This document shows positions 49,823-60,298 of a stretch of 64,000 nucleotides of DNA, piece by piece. Position 1 is the first letter of the stretch. Each line of letters opens with the position of its first letter. The translations under genes were made by a program, and so were the position numbers. Origin of the DNA: Desulfomicrobium sp. (lineage in GTDB: Bacteria; Desulfobacterota; Desulfovibrionia; Desulfovibrionales; Desulfomicrobiaceae); assembly GCA_040768745.1 (NCBI GenBank), contig JAXGMI010000001.1, forward strand, positions 320,001 to 384,000, given 5' to 3'. The notes beneath the pieces are model-generated. The model ran no database searches. It was not told where the DNA came from and saw only the letters and a program-made list of their open reading frames with translations.

Positions 49823-51061
49823 ATGTTGCACGACATCCTGGACACCATCAACAACAGTCAAGATGAACTCCTTTTCTTGCAAAAGGCCCTTGTGGCCATT
49901 CCTGCTCTCGGTCCCACCAACGGCGGGGCAGGGGAATTGGCCAAGGTGAGGCATCTGGCAGACTATCTCCGCCAGTTCCCCAGTGTGACATGCCAGGAGA
50001 TCCAGGCCCCGGACTCAAGGGTCCCTTGCGGATTCCGTCCAAACCTCGTGGCCAGACGTCCTGGCCAGAGGCCGCATACCCTTTGGTTCATCGCGCACAC
50101 CGATGTCGTGCCTGCGGGAGACCTGACCCTGTGGCAGAGCGATCCCTTTGTCTTGCGCCACGACGGGGACCTGATTTACGGCCGGGGTGTGGAAGACAAC
50201 CATCAGGGATTGGTCAGCGTTCTTCTGGTCTTGCGCGCCCTGGAAATGGCCAGGGCCCGGACTGACCTGTCCCTGGGCATCCTGCTGGCCGCGGACGAAG
50301 AGACCGGCAACGCCAAGGGCATGGAATACATCATGAGCCACCATCCCCAGATCTTTGGCCCCGACGACCTGGTGCTCATCCCCGATTTCGGGACCAGGGA
50401 CGGTTCTGGAATCGAGATCGCCGAAAAAAGCGTACTCTGGCTCAAATTCACGGTGCAGGGCAGGCAGTGCCACGCTTCCACCCCAGGGGAGGGGATCAAC
50501 TCCCTGCTCGGCGCCTCGGCCCTGATTCTGGCCCTTGAACGCCTCGACTCGATATTCGACATGCAGGATCCGCTCTTCGACCCCCCGGCGTCGACCTTCG
50601 CGTCCACCAAGAAGGAGGCCAACGTCCCCAACATCAACACCATCCCCGGCCAGGATGTCTTTTATCTGGATTGCAGAGTCCTGCCCGGCTATTCCCTGGA
50701 CCAAATCGAGGAGGCGATCCGGGCCATTTGCGACGAGGTCGAGACCCTGCGTGGTGTATCCATCTCCTTCGCCCCCGTGATCCGGGAACAGGCCGCGCCG
50801 GGAACGCCACCCGACAGCCCCGTGGTCACCCGGCTGAAGACGGCCCTGAACAGGGAACGAAAGCTCGCTCCACGGATCATCGGCATCGGTGGCGGAACCG
50901 TGGCCTCGTCGTTCCGGCGGCGCGGCATCCCGGCCGCGTGCTGGTCCACCATCCTCAACACGGCCCACCAGCCCAACGAACATTCATCCATCGCCAACGC
51001 CATCGCCGACGCCCGGGTTTTCGCCCACCTGCTCTTTGACAGCCCGGAGGAGGGACAATGA
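49823..51061 (+). CDS. M20 family metallohydrolase (DapE/ArgE-like)
   Basis: AHTDVVP, GRGVEDN, ADEETG, HAS and AHQPNE. Confidence 0.9.
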   Translation: MLHDILDTINNSQDELLFLQKALVAIPALGPTNGGAGELAKVRHLADYLRQFPSVTCQEIQAPDSRVPCGFRPNLVARRPGQRPHTLWFIAHTDVVPAGDLTLWQSDPFVLRHDGDLIYGRGVEDNHQGLVSVLLVLRALEMARARTDLSLGILLAADEETGNAKGMEYIMSHHPQIFGPDDLVLIPDFGTRDGSGIEIAEKSVLWLKFTVQGRQCHASTPGEGINSLLGASALILALERLDSIFDMQDPLFDPPASTFASTKKEANVPNINTIPGQDVFYLDCRVLPGYSLDQIEEAIRAICDEVETLRGVSISFAPVIREQAAPGTPPDSPVVTRLKTALNRERKLAPRIIGIGGGTVASSFRRRGIPAACWSTILNTAHQPNEHSSIANAIADARVFAHLLFDSPEEGQ

Positions 51062-52938
51062 CCGCCCCCACCGTGCCGCAGGTTTTCGACATCGTCGTCG
51101 TCGGTGCCGGGCACGCCGGATGCGAAGCCGCCATGGCCGCGGCGCACATGGGCATGCAGACCCTGCTTTTGACCATCAATGTGGACCGCATCGGACACCT
51201 GTCCTGCAATCCTGCCATCGGCGGACTGGCCAAAGGTCAAATGGTCAAAGAAATCGACGCGCTGGGCGGAATGATGGGCAAATGGGCGGATCAGGCCGGG
51301 ATCCAGTTCCGCATCCTGAACACCCGCAAGGGCCCTGCCGTGCGCTCCAGCCGGGCCCAGATCGACCGGGCGGAGTACCTGAAGGTCGTGCAGAAGGACA
51401 TCTTCACCTGTCCGAACCTCTTCGTGCGCCAGGAAACGGCCCGCGCCCTGACCGTGGACCGTGGACGGGTCACGGGCGTGATCACCACCCTCGGTGAAAC
51501 AATCCCCTGCAGGGCCGCACTCCTGACCACGGGGACATTCCTGCAGGGCCTCATCCATGTGGGGCTCGATCATTTCAGCGGCGGCCGTTTCGGCGACCCT
51601 GCCAGCGGGGGCATGTCCGACTGCCTGCGCCAACTGGGACTGCAGCTGGGTCGGCTGAAGACCGGAACAGTGCCCAGACTGCTCAAGTCATCGGTTGACT
51701 ACTCGGTCATGGAGGAACAGCCCGGCGACAACCCGCCCCGGCCCTTCAGTTTCGACAGCCCGGGCATCCCTTTGTCCCAGTTGCCCTGCCATGTGACCTA
51801 CACCTCGGAGCGGACCCACGAGATCATCCGTGCCGGTCTGGACCGCTCCCCCCTGTTCACCGGCGTCATCAAGGGGACCGGGGCGCGCTACTGCCCGTCC
51901 ATCGAGGACAAGGTCGCCCGTTTTCCGGACAAGGACCGGCACCAGATTTTCGTCGAACCAGAAGGTCTGCACAGTTTCGAAGTCTATCCCAACGGCATCC
52001 CTACCAGCCTCCCCCTTGACGTGCAGAAGGCCATGGTGGCCTCCATCCCGGGTCTGGAAAAGGCCCAGATCATCCGACCGGGATACGCCATCGAGTACGA
52101 TTTCGTCCCCCCCATCCAGCTCCGACCAACCCTGGAAACCAAGGCCGTGCGGGGCCTGTACCTGGCCGGACAGATCAACGGCACCTCGGGCTACGAGGAG
52201 GCTGCCGGCCAAGGGTTGTGGGCCGCCGTCAACGCGGCCCGCGCCTTGCGCGGGGAGACCGAGCTGATCCTGTCCCGCAGCCAGGCCTATATCGCAGTTC
52301 TGGTGGACGACCTGGTCACCAAGGGCACCCTCGAACCATACCGCATGTTCACCTCCAGGGCCGAGCACCGCCTGCTCCTGCGCGAGGACAACGCCGACCA
52401 ACGCCTGACCCCCATTGGCCGCGATCTTGGCCTGGTCGATGACGGCCGCTGGCGGCGCTACACGCGCAAGAGCCAAATGGTGCGGAACATCCTGGCCGGA
52501 TTGGAGTCCGTGCAAGTCCGGCCCGATGCCGCGACCAGGGACAAGGTCGAAGCCATGGGCGGAAAAATCCCGCACAAAGCGGTCAGCCTCAAGGAGCTCC
52601 TGCGCCAGCCGGAGCTCTCTATCCTGGACCTCGTGCCCCTTTGGGCCGGGCTGGATCAATTCGACCGGGAGGCCCTGGAGGAAGCGGAAATCCAGACCAA
52701 GTACGAAGGCTATCTGGACCGGCAGCAGGAGCTGGTGGACCGCTTCGAACGGATGGAGCAGACAATGCTGCCCGATGACATGGACTATGCCGGCATCCCG
52801 GGCCTGTCCCGGGAGGTCATGGAAAAATTGACCAGGATCCAGCCCCGGACCCTGGGCCAGGCCGGGCGCATCTCGGGTGTCACGCCGGCGGCCATTTCTT
52901 GCCTGGAAATTCAGCTGAAAAAGCTTGGACGGCTGTGA
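51058..52938 (+). CDS. mnmG: tRNA uridine-5-carboxymethylaminomethyl modification enzyme
   Basis: [41 protein letters not shown] and YRMFTSRAE. Confidence 0.97.
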   Translation: MTAPTVPQVFDIVVVGAGHAGCEAAMAAAHMGMQTLLLTINVDRIGHLSCNPAIGGLAKGQMVKEIDALGGMMGKWADQAGIQFRILNTRKGPAVRSSRAQIDRAEYLKVVQKDIFTCPNLFVRQETARALTVDRGRVTGVITTLGETIPCRAALLTTGTFLQGLIHVGLDHFSGGRFGDPASGGMSDCLRQLGLQLGRLKTGTVPRLLKSSVDYSVMEEQPGDNPPRPFSFDSPGIPLSQLPCHVTYTSERTHEIIRAGLDRSPLFTGVIKGTGARYCPSIEDKVARFPDKDRHQIFVEPEGLHSFEVYPNGIPTSLPLDVQKAMVASIPGLEKAQIIRPGYAIEYDFVPPIQLRPTLETKAVRGLYLAGQINGTSGYEEAAGQGLWAAVNAARALRGETELILSRSQAYIAVLVDDLVTKGTLEPYRMFTSRAEHRLLLREDNADQRLTPIGRDLGLVDDGRWRRYTRKSQMVRNILAGLESVQVRPDAATRDKVEAMGGKIPHKAVSLKELLRQPELSILDLVPLWAGLDQFDREALEEAEIQTKYEGYLDRQQELVDRFERMEQTMLPDDMDYAGIPGLSREVMEKLTRIQPRTLGQAGRISGVTPAAISCLEIQLKKLGRL

Positions 52939-52944
52939 TCGGGA

Positions 52945-53277
52945 CTACCTGGGCGGATCTCCCTGTTTTCTGAACTCTGAGTCGCAGTGGGCAAAAGACG
53001 GCACGTAGAACCCATCCACCAGCTCCTGGGCCAGGGCTTCGAGTTTTTCCACGAACGCAGGGTCCAGGATCGAGTCCAGAACTTCGTCCCCAGGCATGAC
53101 ATCCTCGGCCGGGCCGCGCACCTTGAGCAGGATGACCCGTCCGTTGCTCATCACATCAAAACCAACTACCTTGGCCATACCCCTGCCGTGCAGGTCCAGG
53201 ACATGGCTGCGGATAAGCTCGTACAGCTCCACGCCCGTGTCCGGTCTGGTCACGATGGAAAAAACGCGCTCCGCCAT
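52945..53277 (-). CDS. Hypothetical protein (110 aa)
   Basis: GGAGGTG RBS before ATG 53277; globular-looking sequence MAERVFSIVTRPDTG...; no family recognised. Confidence 0.6.
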   Translation of the reverse strand: MAERVFSIVTRPDTGVELYELIRSHVLDLHGRGMAKVVGFDVMSNGRVILLKVRGPAEDVMPGDEVLDSILDPAFVEKLEALAQELVDGFYVPSFAHCDSEFRKQGDPPR

Positions 53278-53468
53278 GTTCACCTCCCGATGCCCGCTCA
53301 ATTCATGTACTGGCCGACGTGTATACCACGCACCCTGCTCTTCACAACCGCTCCAAAGACCGATAGCCATGGCGTTTGAAGATTGGAACTCGCGGGCGGG
53401 ATGCACGGTTCCTTCCGCGCGTGCTCGGCAAAAACCGGCGCACACAACCACAGAAACGGAAAACACTC

Positions 53469-53873
53469 ATGAAACAACTTGTCGCATCCCGCATGGAACG
53501 ATGCATTGGCTGCCATTCCTGCTCATTGGCCTGCGCCCGGCTGGTACACAAATGCCTGTCCTGGGAAAATGCAGGCATCCGCATCCAGTCTTCAGGGGGT
53601 CTGTCCACCGGGTTTCTGGCCAAGGTCTGCCTGACCTGTGATCCACCTCCCTGCGCGGCGGCCTGCCCCACGGGCAGCCTCAAGGCACGCAAGGGCGGCG
53701 GGGTCGTCCAGCAGAAAAAGTTGTGCATCCAGTGCGGAAAATGCGCCGCCGCCTGTCCTGTCGAGGCCATTGCCCTGGACCGCCTGGGCAACCCCTACGT
53801 CTGCATCCACTGCGGGAGCTGTGTGGATTTCTGTCCCCACGACTGCCTGGAAATGCGGGAGGTGGAGGCATGA
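53469..53873 (+). CDS. 4Fe-4S dicluster protein (partner of the AOR-family enzyme)
   Basis: CIGCHSC...C, C..C..P.C...CP, CIQCGKC...CP and CIHCGSC...CP; ATGA overlap with the next gene. Confidence 0.92.
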   Translation: MKQLVASRMERCIGCHSCSLACARLVHKCLSWENAGIRIQSSGGLSTGFLAKVCLTCDPPPCAAACPTGSLKARKGGGVVQQKKLCIQCGKCAAACPVEAIALDRLGNPYVCIHCGSCVDFCPHDCLEMREVEA

Positions 53874-55615
53874 TCTCTCCGACCTTCAGAATTCTGGAAG
53901 TGAACCTGTCCTCAGGCCGGTCCGCCATCCGCAGCATGCCTGGGGTGGAAACCTGCCTTGGAGGTTCTGGCCTGGCGGCCAGGCTCCATCTCGATCTGGC
54001 CAAACCCCATCTGGCATGGGATGATCCGGCCCAACCCCTCATTTTTGCCATTGGCCCCCTGACCGGATTCTTCCCGTTGATGAGCAAGTCGGTCTGCGCC
54101 TTCACATCGCCCCTGCACAGCCAATACGCCGAGTCCCATGCCGGAGGACGGTCCGCCCTGGCGCTGCGCTTTACCGGTTTGGACGCCCTGATCGTCACCG
54201 GCCGCTCTGAAAGGCCTGTGGTTCTGCACCTGGGCTGCAATGTCATCGAACTCCTGGACGCCGGCTACCTGTGGGGCAAGGACGCCCTGACCACGGGCAA
54301 GCTCCTGCGCAGCATACTCAAGGGTTCCGGACACCGGACCATCATACGCATCGGTCCTGCCGGGGAAAACAAGTCCGCCATGGCCTGCATCAACGTGGAC
54401 ACCTACCGCCATTTCGGGCGTCTGGGCGGCGGGGCGGTCATGGGCGCCAAGAACCTGAAGGCCATCGCCATCGAAGGCAACGGCTCCCAGGACCTGCCTG
54501 CAGGCAAGGACTACAGCGCCCTGTACGCCGACATCTTCCGCAAGCTGACAGACACGGACATGATGCGCAAGTACCACAACCTGGGCACGGCCTCGAATCT
54601 GGAAGCCCTGAACGAACTCAAGGCCCTGCCGTGGCGCAACCTGCAAGCCACTTCTGATCCTGGCATCACCGGGATCTCCGGACAGCGCTTCGCCGACGAC
54701 ACCCTGCTCCGCAACGCGGCCTGCTCTGGCTGCCCGGTGGGCTGCATCCACATCGGGTTCGTGCGCGAGAAATTCCACGCGGACAACCAGTATCTTTACC
54801 GACAGGTGGGATACGACTACGAGCCCATCTTCGCCACGGGTTCCATGCTCGGGCTGACCAAAGCGCCTGAGGTGCTCACGGTCATGGACGAGGTGGAAAA
54901 GGTCGGGCTCGACGTCATGAGCGCCGGAGTGGCCCTGGCGTGGGCCACCGAGGCCCTGGAACACGGGCTGGTCAACGTGGAACAGACCGGGGTCGGGCTG
55001 CGCTTCGGCGAGGTTGAGGGCTATCTGAAGGCCATGCCCATGCTGGCCGGAGGGGTCAACGAGTTCTGGAGGCTGCTGGCCGCTGGGACCATGGCAGCGG
55101 CCAGACATTACGGCGGTCAAGACTTCGCCTGCGTCCTGGGACAGGAAATGGCCGGGTATGCCACGGGGGAGGTCTTCTACGTGGCCCAGTCTCTGGGACT
55201 CAGACATTCGCATCTGGACACCGGGGCCTACAGCTACGACCAGTCCAACGCGCCCAAGGACGTGACCAAGGCCCTCGAATTCCTGCTGGAGGACGAACGC
55301 GAGCGCGTCGTTCTGACCTCCATGGTGGCCTGCCTCTTCGCCCGCAAGGTCTACGATCCGGACACCCTTCGTCAGTGTCTGACGGTTCTCGGGGGGCGGG
55401 AAATAGCTGACGGGCTGGACAAGGCGGGAAGCCGCATTCAAAACCTGCGCTGGCAGGCCAGGATCGCCAACGGATATGATCCATTCCAGGTGAAAATCCC
55501 CAAACGCTTCCTGGAAGTGAGTACCTGGAAGGGTCAGACCGACCCGCAGTACCTCGAAAACCTGCGCCTCGCGTACGCCAAGGCCATCAAGGAAATGAGC
55601 GGTCAGGGCAACTGA
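53870..55615 (+). CDS. Aldehyde:ferredoxin oxidoreductase family (W/Mo) enzyme
   Basis: GGSGLA, IGPLTG, SPL....ESHAGG, IGPAGEN, GR.G.GAVMGAKNLKAI, CSGCPVGC, YE and GLD. Confidence 0.9.
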   Translation: MISPTFRILEVNLSSGRSAIRSMPGVETCLGGSGLAARLHLDLAKPHLAWDDPAQPLIFAIGPLTGFFPLMSKSVCAFTSPLHSQYAESHAGGRSALALRFTGLDALIVTGRSERPVVLHLGCNVIELLDAGYLWGKDALTTGKLLRSILKGSGHRTIIRIGPAGENKSAMACINVDTYRHFGRLGGGAVMGAKNLKAIAIEGNGSQDLPAGKDYSALYADIFRKLTDTDMMRKYHNLGTASNLEALNELKALPWRNLQATSDPGITGISGQRFADDTLLRNAACSGCPVGCIHIGFVREKFHADNQYLYRQVGYDYEPIFATGSMLGLTKAPEVLTVMDEVEKVGLDVMSAGVALAWATEALEHGLVNVEQTGVGLRFGEVEGYLKAMPMLAGGVNEFWRLLAAGTMAAARHYGGQDFACVLGQEMAGYATGEVFYVAQSLGLRHSHLDTGAYSYDQSNAPKDVTKALEFLLEDERERVVLTSMVACLFARKVYDPDTLRQCLTVLGGREIADGLDKAGSRIQNLRWQARIANGYDPFQVKIPKRFLEVSTWKGQTDPQYLENLRLAYAKAIKEMSGQGN

Positions 55616-55678
55616 ACTTCAGGAAATGGCACGAACCGGGCCGGGCTTGATGGATCTCTCCGGCCCGGTTCTTCCATT

Positions 55679-56233
55679 TCAGGCCCCAAGAGTCACTTCC
55701 GCTGCCCTGCGGTACTCCGGACCCGACGGGCGCAGGACGCTCTGCCAGAGCACGACGTTTTTTACCTCGAAAACGGGCCAGTCCCGCGTCAGATCGGCGG
55801 CGAGGCCTGGCCAATCGTCACTCCGGACCGCCTCCCTGACCCGGGCCACGGTTACATGGGCGGCGAAGGGCCGCGTTTCGGCGGAAAAGCCCACTCCGGC
55901 CAGGGCGTTGTCCAGGGCCGCGAAGTACGCCCCGCACTCTTTCTGACCCCTGGAGAACCCCACCCAGACCACGCGCGGCGCCCCCCGGGGCGGAAAAAAC
56001 CCGCCTTTTCTTCCCTGCATTTCAAAAATTCCCTGAGCCGCTGCCCGCATGGCCCGGACGATGGCCGCGACCCTGGCCTCGTCCACTTCCCCCAGAAACT
56101 TGAGGGTCAGGTGCGCCAACTCCGGCCGCACCCAGGAAACCTTCGATTCCAACCGTTTCCTCCAGACGCCCTGCACCTCGCCAATGATCTTCAGGTATTC
56201 TTCAGGAATGGGGATGCCTATGAAAAGCCGCAT
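55679..56233 (-). CDS. thpR: RNA 2',3'-cyclic phosphodiesterase
   Basis: MRLFIGI, two HxT motifs (HLTLKFLG, HVTVAR), PRVVW and S.L.P.GP.Y. Confidence 0.92.
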   Translation of the reverse strand: MRLFIGIPIPEEYLKIIGEVQGVWRKRLESKVSWVRPELAHLTLKFLGEVDEARVAAIVRAMRAAAQGIFEMQGRKGGFFPPRGAPRVVWVGFSRGQKECGAYFAALDNALAGVGFSAETRPFAAHVTVARVREAVRSDDWPGLAADLTRDWPVFEVKNVVLWQSVLRPSGPEYRRAAEVTLGA

Positions 56234-56269
56234 GTGTGGTCCCGCCTGATGCGTAACATGAAGGAAAGG

Positions 56270-56299
56270 CATGGATTCCCGCGCAGGCGAGGATCCATG
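56270..56299. repeat. REP-type palindromic remnant
   Basis: CATGGAT-TCCCGCGCAGGCGAGG-ATCCATG; same CCCGCG(A/C)AGGCGGG core family as the element at 25066-25109. Confidence 0.55.
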
Positions 56300-56337
56300 T
56301 ATCTCCACCTGTGAAAGGCAGGCCGCTCCCGCCCCAA

Positions 56338-56514
56338 GCGAGTCCTGGTCGGGGCGTCGCGGGCGCGTCGACTGTCCGACCGAACCAAGCATCGTTTGGT
56401 TCCCCGTCGTCAACCGCCCCGAGCGCAACCTCCGCGCCCTGCACGCGACGGGGAACCATTACGAGGCCGGCGAGGAAGTTTCGACGCGTCCGCGACGCCC
56501 CGACCAGGACTCGC
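56338..56514. other. 177-nt rod-like inverted-repeat element (MITE-like or structured ncRNA)
   Basis: 34-nt arms 56338-56371 and 56481-56514 are complementary at 33/34 positions; perfect 13-bp inner stem 56397-56409/56446-56458. Confidence 0.8.
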
Positions 56515-56553
56515 GCCCTCCGCCCAACGCTCAAATCGTCTTCCGCGGCAATC

Positions 56554-58029
56554 TCAGAACTCCTCCTCGCCTCCCCGCTCCGCGTACGCCCCAAGCAGCT
56601 CCCACAGCGTCCGCACTCCGAACCCCGTCCCGCCGGGCCGGAAGATCGAAGCATTCTCGTCGGTCCAGGCCGGTCCGGCAATGTCCAGATGGGCCCAGTC
56701 CACCCCCTCGGGCACGAAATTCTTCAGGAACACGGCGGCGAAAATGGCTCCCCCCTCGCGGGTGGCAATGTTCTTCAGGTCCGCCACCTCGCTCTTGAGG
56801 GGAATCCCGTATTCCTTCCACAGCGGCATGGGCCAGTAGCGTTCGCCCACCCGGCTGCCCCCCTCACGGATGCGCCGGTCCAGGTCCGCCGTGGTGGCGA
56901 AAATCGCCGCCACCTTGGTGCCCAGGGCCACCAGGCAGGCCCCGGTCAGGGTGGCCAGATCCACAAGGATTTCAGGCTCCAAGCGGCTGCTGTAGGCCAG
57001 GACGTCGGCCAGGATGAGCCGGCCTTCGGCGTCGGTGTTCAGGATCTCCACGGTCTTGCCATTCATGGCCGTGACCACGTCTCCAGGCTTGGTGGCTCGG
57101 CTGCCCGGAACATTCTCGGTACACGGCAGCAGGCCCACCACCCGCCGCGCACTGCCGCCGGCCAGCCCCAGGGTCCTGAACAGCCCCAGGACAGCAGCCG
57201 CCCCGGCCATGTCACCCTTCATCTCGTGCATCTTGGCCGAGGGCTTGAGGGAAATGCCGCCCGTGTCAAAGGTCACCCCCTTGCCCACGAAAACCAGGGG
57301 CTTTTGCGTGCCCCCGGGGGAGGAATCGAGAACAATGAATCGGGCCGGCGTGTCGCTCCCGCGGAACACCGCGGCAAAGGCGCCCATGCCCATGGCCACG
57401 ATCTCCTCCGGCCCGAAAACCTGTATCCCGAATCCAAATTCCGCAGCCATATCCCGGGCCTTCCCGGCCAGATGTTCGGGAGTGGCCACATTGGCCGGGG
57501 TGTTGACCAGATCTCTGGCCAGACAGACACCTTCGGCCACGGCCACGGCCCTGGCCACCCTGGCCTCCATGTCCTGATCCCTGCTGATGATCAGCAGGGA
57601 TGCGGGACCATCGTCCTCGCCCGGTTCGGACTTGAAGGCCACAAATCTGTAGCCCGCAAGAATCGCCGCGATAATGCCCTCCGCGGTCAGATCTTCGGCC
57701 AGCTCCAGACGGGCCAAATGGCTCGCATCGACGGCCAGACAATGCATCTCCTGGCTGGCGGCGACCCGCACGGCCGTACCCACTGCCGCACGGAACCCTT
57801 CCAGGTCCGCATCCCCGTTCCTGCCCAGTCCCACCAGGAGACAGGCCCCTCTGGTCCCGGAGCAGAACCGGGTACGGCCGGCCTTGCCCGTGAAGCCCTG
57901 TTCCGGACGGACCCCCCAGCGCCGGAACAATTGCAGATCCGCCTTGCCCCAGGTTTCCCCTTCGGGCAGAAACATGAGCAATAACGCATCTTTCAACTCG
58001 CCATGATCCGGAAAAACCTGTATCTTCAT
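56554..58029 (-). CDS. pepA: Leucyl aminopeptidase (M17)
   Basis: VGKGVTFDTGG, MKGDMAGAA, NTDAEGRL, ATLTGA and HLDIAG. Confidence 0.95.
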   Translation of the reverse strand: MKIQVFPDHGELKDALLLMFLPEGETWGKADLQLFRRWGVRPEQGFTGKAGRTRFCSGTRGACLLVGLGRNGDADLEGFRAAVGTAVRVAASQEMHCLAVDASHLARLELAEDLTAEGIIAAILAGYRFVAFKSEPGEDDGPASLLIISRDQDMEARVARAVAVAEGVCLARDLVNTPANVATPEHLAGKARDMAAEFGFGIQVFGPEEIVAMGMGAFAAVFRGSDTPARFIVLDSSPGGTQKPLVFVGKGVTFDTGGISLKPSAKMHEMKGDMAGAAAVLGLFRTLGLAGGSARRVVGLLPCTENVPGSRATKPGDVVTAMNGKTVEILNTDAEGRLILADVLAYSSRLEPEILVDLATLTGACLVALGTKVAAIFATTADLDRRIREGGSRVGERYWPMPLWKEYGIPLKSEVADLKNIATREGGAIFAAVFLKNFVPEGVDWAHLDIAGPAWTDENASIFRPGGTGFGVRTLWELLGAYAERGGEEEF

Positions 58030-58159
58030 GTCAACCTCGCAGAAAGAAACGACAACATCGGTTTTACAGCCCATAGTGCGCCTGGCCGCGCGAGTAAAGA
58101 CGGTCGCGCACGGCGATCAATGGCCTCTTTGGACCCACGGAAACTTTTGGAGAAGCGAT

Positions 58160-59680
58160 ATGGAACACAAGTGCATCATCGCCGTCCTCGGGGCCACGGG
58201 ATACATCGGTGGACGGCTGGTTCCGACCCTGCTCGAACGGAATTGGAGCGTGCGGGCCGTGGGACGGAATCTCGAAAAACTGCGCTGCCGCCCATTCGCC
58301 ACCCACCCCGGGATCGAACTGACCCAAGCTGACGCCCTGGACCGGACTGCGCTGACAACAGCCCTGCGGGGTTGTCACGCGGTCTACTACCTCGTCCATT
58401 CCATGTATCCGGGAGTGGGAAATTTCGAGGACCGGGACAAGCGGGCGGCCGAGATCATGCGCGACGCGGCCGCGGATGCGGGTCTGCAACGCATCATCTA
58501 CCTCGGTGGCCTGGGCGATGACGCCCCGGACCTGAGCCTTCACCTCAAATCCCGCATGGAAGTGGGCCGGATTCTGGGCTCCGGCCCAGCGGCCCTGACC
58601 TGGTTGAGGGCGGCCATGATCCTGGGTTCGGGGAGCGCGTCCTTCGAGATCCTGCGCTACCTTGTGGACCGGCTTCCCATCATGATCACCCCGGCCTGGG
58701 TCAAATCCCTGTGCCAGCCCATCGCCGTGACGAATGTGCTCGAATACCTCGCCGGCTGCCTGGACCACCCCGAGACCATGGGCCGCACCTTCGACATCGG
58801 CGGACCGGACATCCTCAGCTACCGCGACCTGTTTGACGTCTATGCCCGGGTAGCCGGACTGCGGCGTAGGATCATCATTCCCGTGCCGGTGCTGACTCCA
58901 CGCCTCTCGTCCTACTGGATCCAGCTGGTCACCCCGGTTCCGTCCAGCCTGTCCCGCCCATTGGCCGAAGGCCTGCGCAACAAGGTCGTGTGCAGAGAAA
59001 ACAGCATCCGGGATATCATTCCCACACGCCTGCTCTCGGCCGAGGAGGCCATTTCCAGGGCACTGGACCGCACCGGCCGGCATGAGGTCGAAACCTGCTG
59101 GTCCGACGCCGGAGCGGTGCGCGTTCCGGAATGGGCCGACTGCGGGGATGCCCCCTATGCCGGGGGCACAGTGCTGGAATCGGCCCACACCGTGACCCTG
59201 GCCGCCTCCCCGGACCGAATCTGGGATGTCCTGGTCCGTATCGGCGGGGACCAGGGCTGGCTCTACGCCAACTGGCTGTGGAAAATCAGGGGCTGGGCAG
59301 ACAAATGCATCGGCGGAACGGGACTGCGCCGGGGCCGGCGCGACCCCGACGAGCTGCGGGCCGGAGACGCCCTGGACTTCTGGCGGGTGCTGGTGGCGGA
59401 CAAGAGCAGACAGCTGCGCCTGGTGGCCGAAATGAAACTGCCCGGTGAAGCCCTGCTTCAGTTCGACATCCAGGGTCACGGTGCCGACAGGTCGAGCCTG
59501 ACCCTGCGCGCCCGCTTCCTGCCCAGAGGACTGTGGGGCATGGTGTATTGGACCGTGCTGGCCCCGGTGCATACGCCCCTCTTCCGCGGTCTGCTCCGCG
59601 CCCTGGCCCGAAAGGTTGGGGCCCCCATCCTGTCCGGTCCGGCAAAACCAGCCAAGGAGGTCTCGTCATGTCGACTCTGA
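58160..59680 (+). CDS. Atypical SDR/NAD(P)-binding protein with DUF2867 (YbjT-like)
   Basis: GATGYIG, YYLVHSM, HL.SR.EVG, G.GSASFE, QPIA, GD..DFWRV and AEMKLPG.A.L. Confidence 0.9.
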   Translation: MEHKCIIAVLGATGYIGGRLVPTLLERNWSVRAVGRNLEKLRCRPFATHPGIELTQADALDRTALTTALRGCHAVYYLVHSMYPGVGNFEDRDKRAAEIMRDAAADAGLQRIIYLGGLGDDAPDLSLHLKSRMEVGRILGSGPAALTWLRAAMILGSGSASFEILRYLVDRLPIMITPAWVKSLCQPIAVTNVLEYLAGCLDHPETMGRTFDIGGPDILSYRDLFDVYARVAGLRRRIIIPVPVLTPRLSSYWIQLVTPVPSSLSRPLAEGLRNKVVCRENSIRDIIPTRLLSAEEAISRALDRTGRHEVETCWSDAGAVRVPEWADCGDAPYAGGTVLESAHTVTLAASPDRIWDVLVRIGGDQGWLYANWLWKIRGWADKCIGGTGLRRGRRDPDELRAGDALDFWRVLVADKSRQLRLVAEMKLPGEALLQFDIQGHGADRSSLTLRARFLPRGLWGMVYWTVLAPVHTPLFRGLLRALARKVGAPILSGPAKPAKEVSSCRL

Positions 59681-60156
59681 TGACAGAGCCGCGTTTCTCG
59701 GAAGCCAGCATCGCGCAGCCCGAAATCCGCGCGAACCTGGAGGTTATCCTGCGCGAACAGCGCTCAGGTGTGCTCTGCACCTGCTTCATGGACATTCCCT
59801 TGTGCAGCCAGATGGCCTTTGCCGTTGCCGGGGATCTGCGCACCCTGATTGTCGTCACCCCCCGGCAGACCACAAAATACGACAACATGAGCTCCAACCC
59901 CAACGTATCCTTCCTGGTCAGCACGTCGCGCAACGACCCGTCCGATCCGACCACGGCCCAGGCCCTGACCGTAACCGCCTTTGCCACGGAACTCGATGGC
60001 GAGCGACGTCACCAGGCGGTCACGCTGTTTGCCCAAAAGCATCCGGACATGCTGTCCTTTGCCTCGGCCCCGGGCAGTGCGGTCATGGAACTGAAGGTGG
60101 ACAGCTACATTCTGGTCAACAATTTCCAGCAGGTGACACGCATCGGTCTGCAGTGA
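59668..60156 (+). CDS. Pyridoxamine 5'-phosphate oxidase-like FMN-binding protein
   Basis: GVLCT, P..S.MAF, TPR.T.KY.N...NP.VS; AAGGAGG RBS. Confidence 0.85.
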   Translation: MSTLMTEPRFSEASIAQPEIRANLEVILREQRSGVLCTCFMDIPLCSQMAFAVAGDLRTLIVVTPRQTTKYDNMSSNPNVSFLVSTSRNDPSDPTTAQALTVTAFATELDGERRHQAVTLFAQKHPDMLSFASAPGSAVMELKVDSYILVNNFQQVTRIGLQ

Positions 60157-60298
60157 TTCCCGGAAAAGTTTTCTCCAAACCAAGGCAGGACTGGACAGGC
60201 GGGGGAGGATTGGCGAAAGTTGACGAACAGAAAAGATTCATGATCCCAAAGTCTGCACACTGCAGCCGACCGATACGACGCACCCATAAGGAGCACAT

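Noticed and set aside
22549..56233. hrpB and thpR as a linked RNA-repair pair, as in E. coli
   Set aside because: They are about 31 kb apart with unrelated genes between them.
56246..56270. CTGATG...GAAA resembling a hammerhead ribozyme core upstream of thpR
   Set aside because: It reads CTGATGC rather than CUGANGA, and stem II cannot form.
56338..56530. attC integron site (GCCCAAC next to a long hairpin)
   Set aside because: The RYYYAAC lies outside the hairpin, there is no matching GTTRRRY, and there is no integrase or cassette array.
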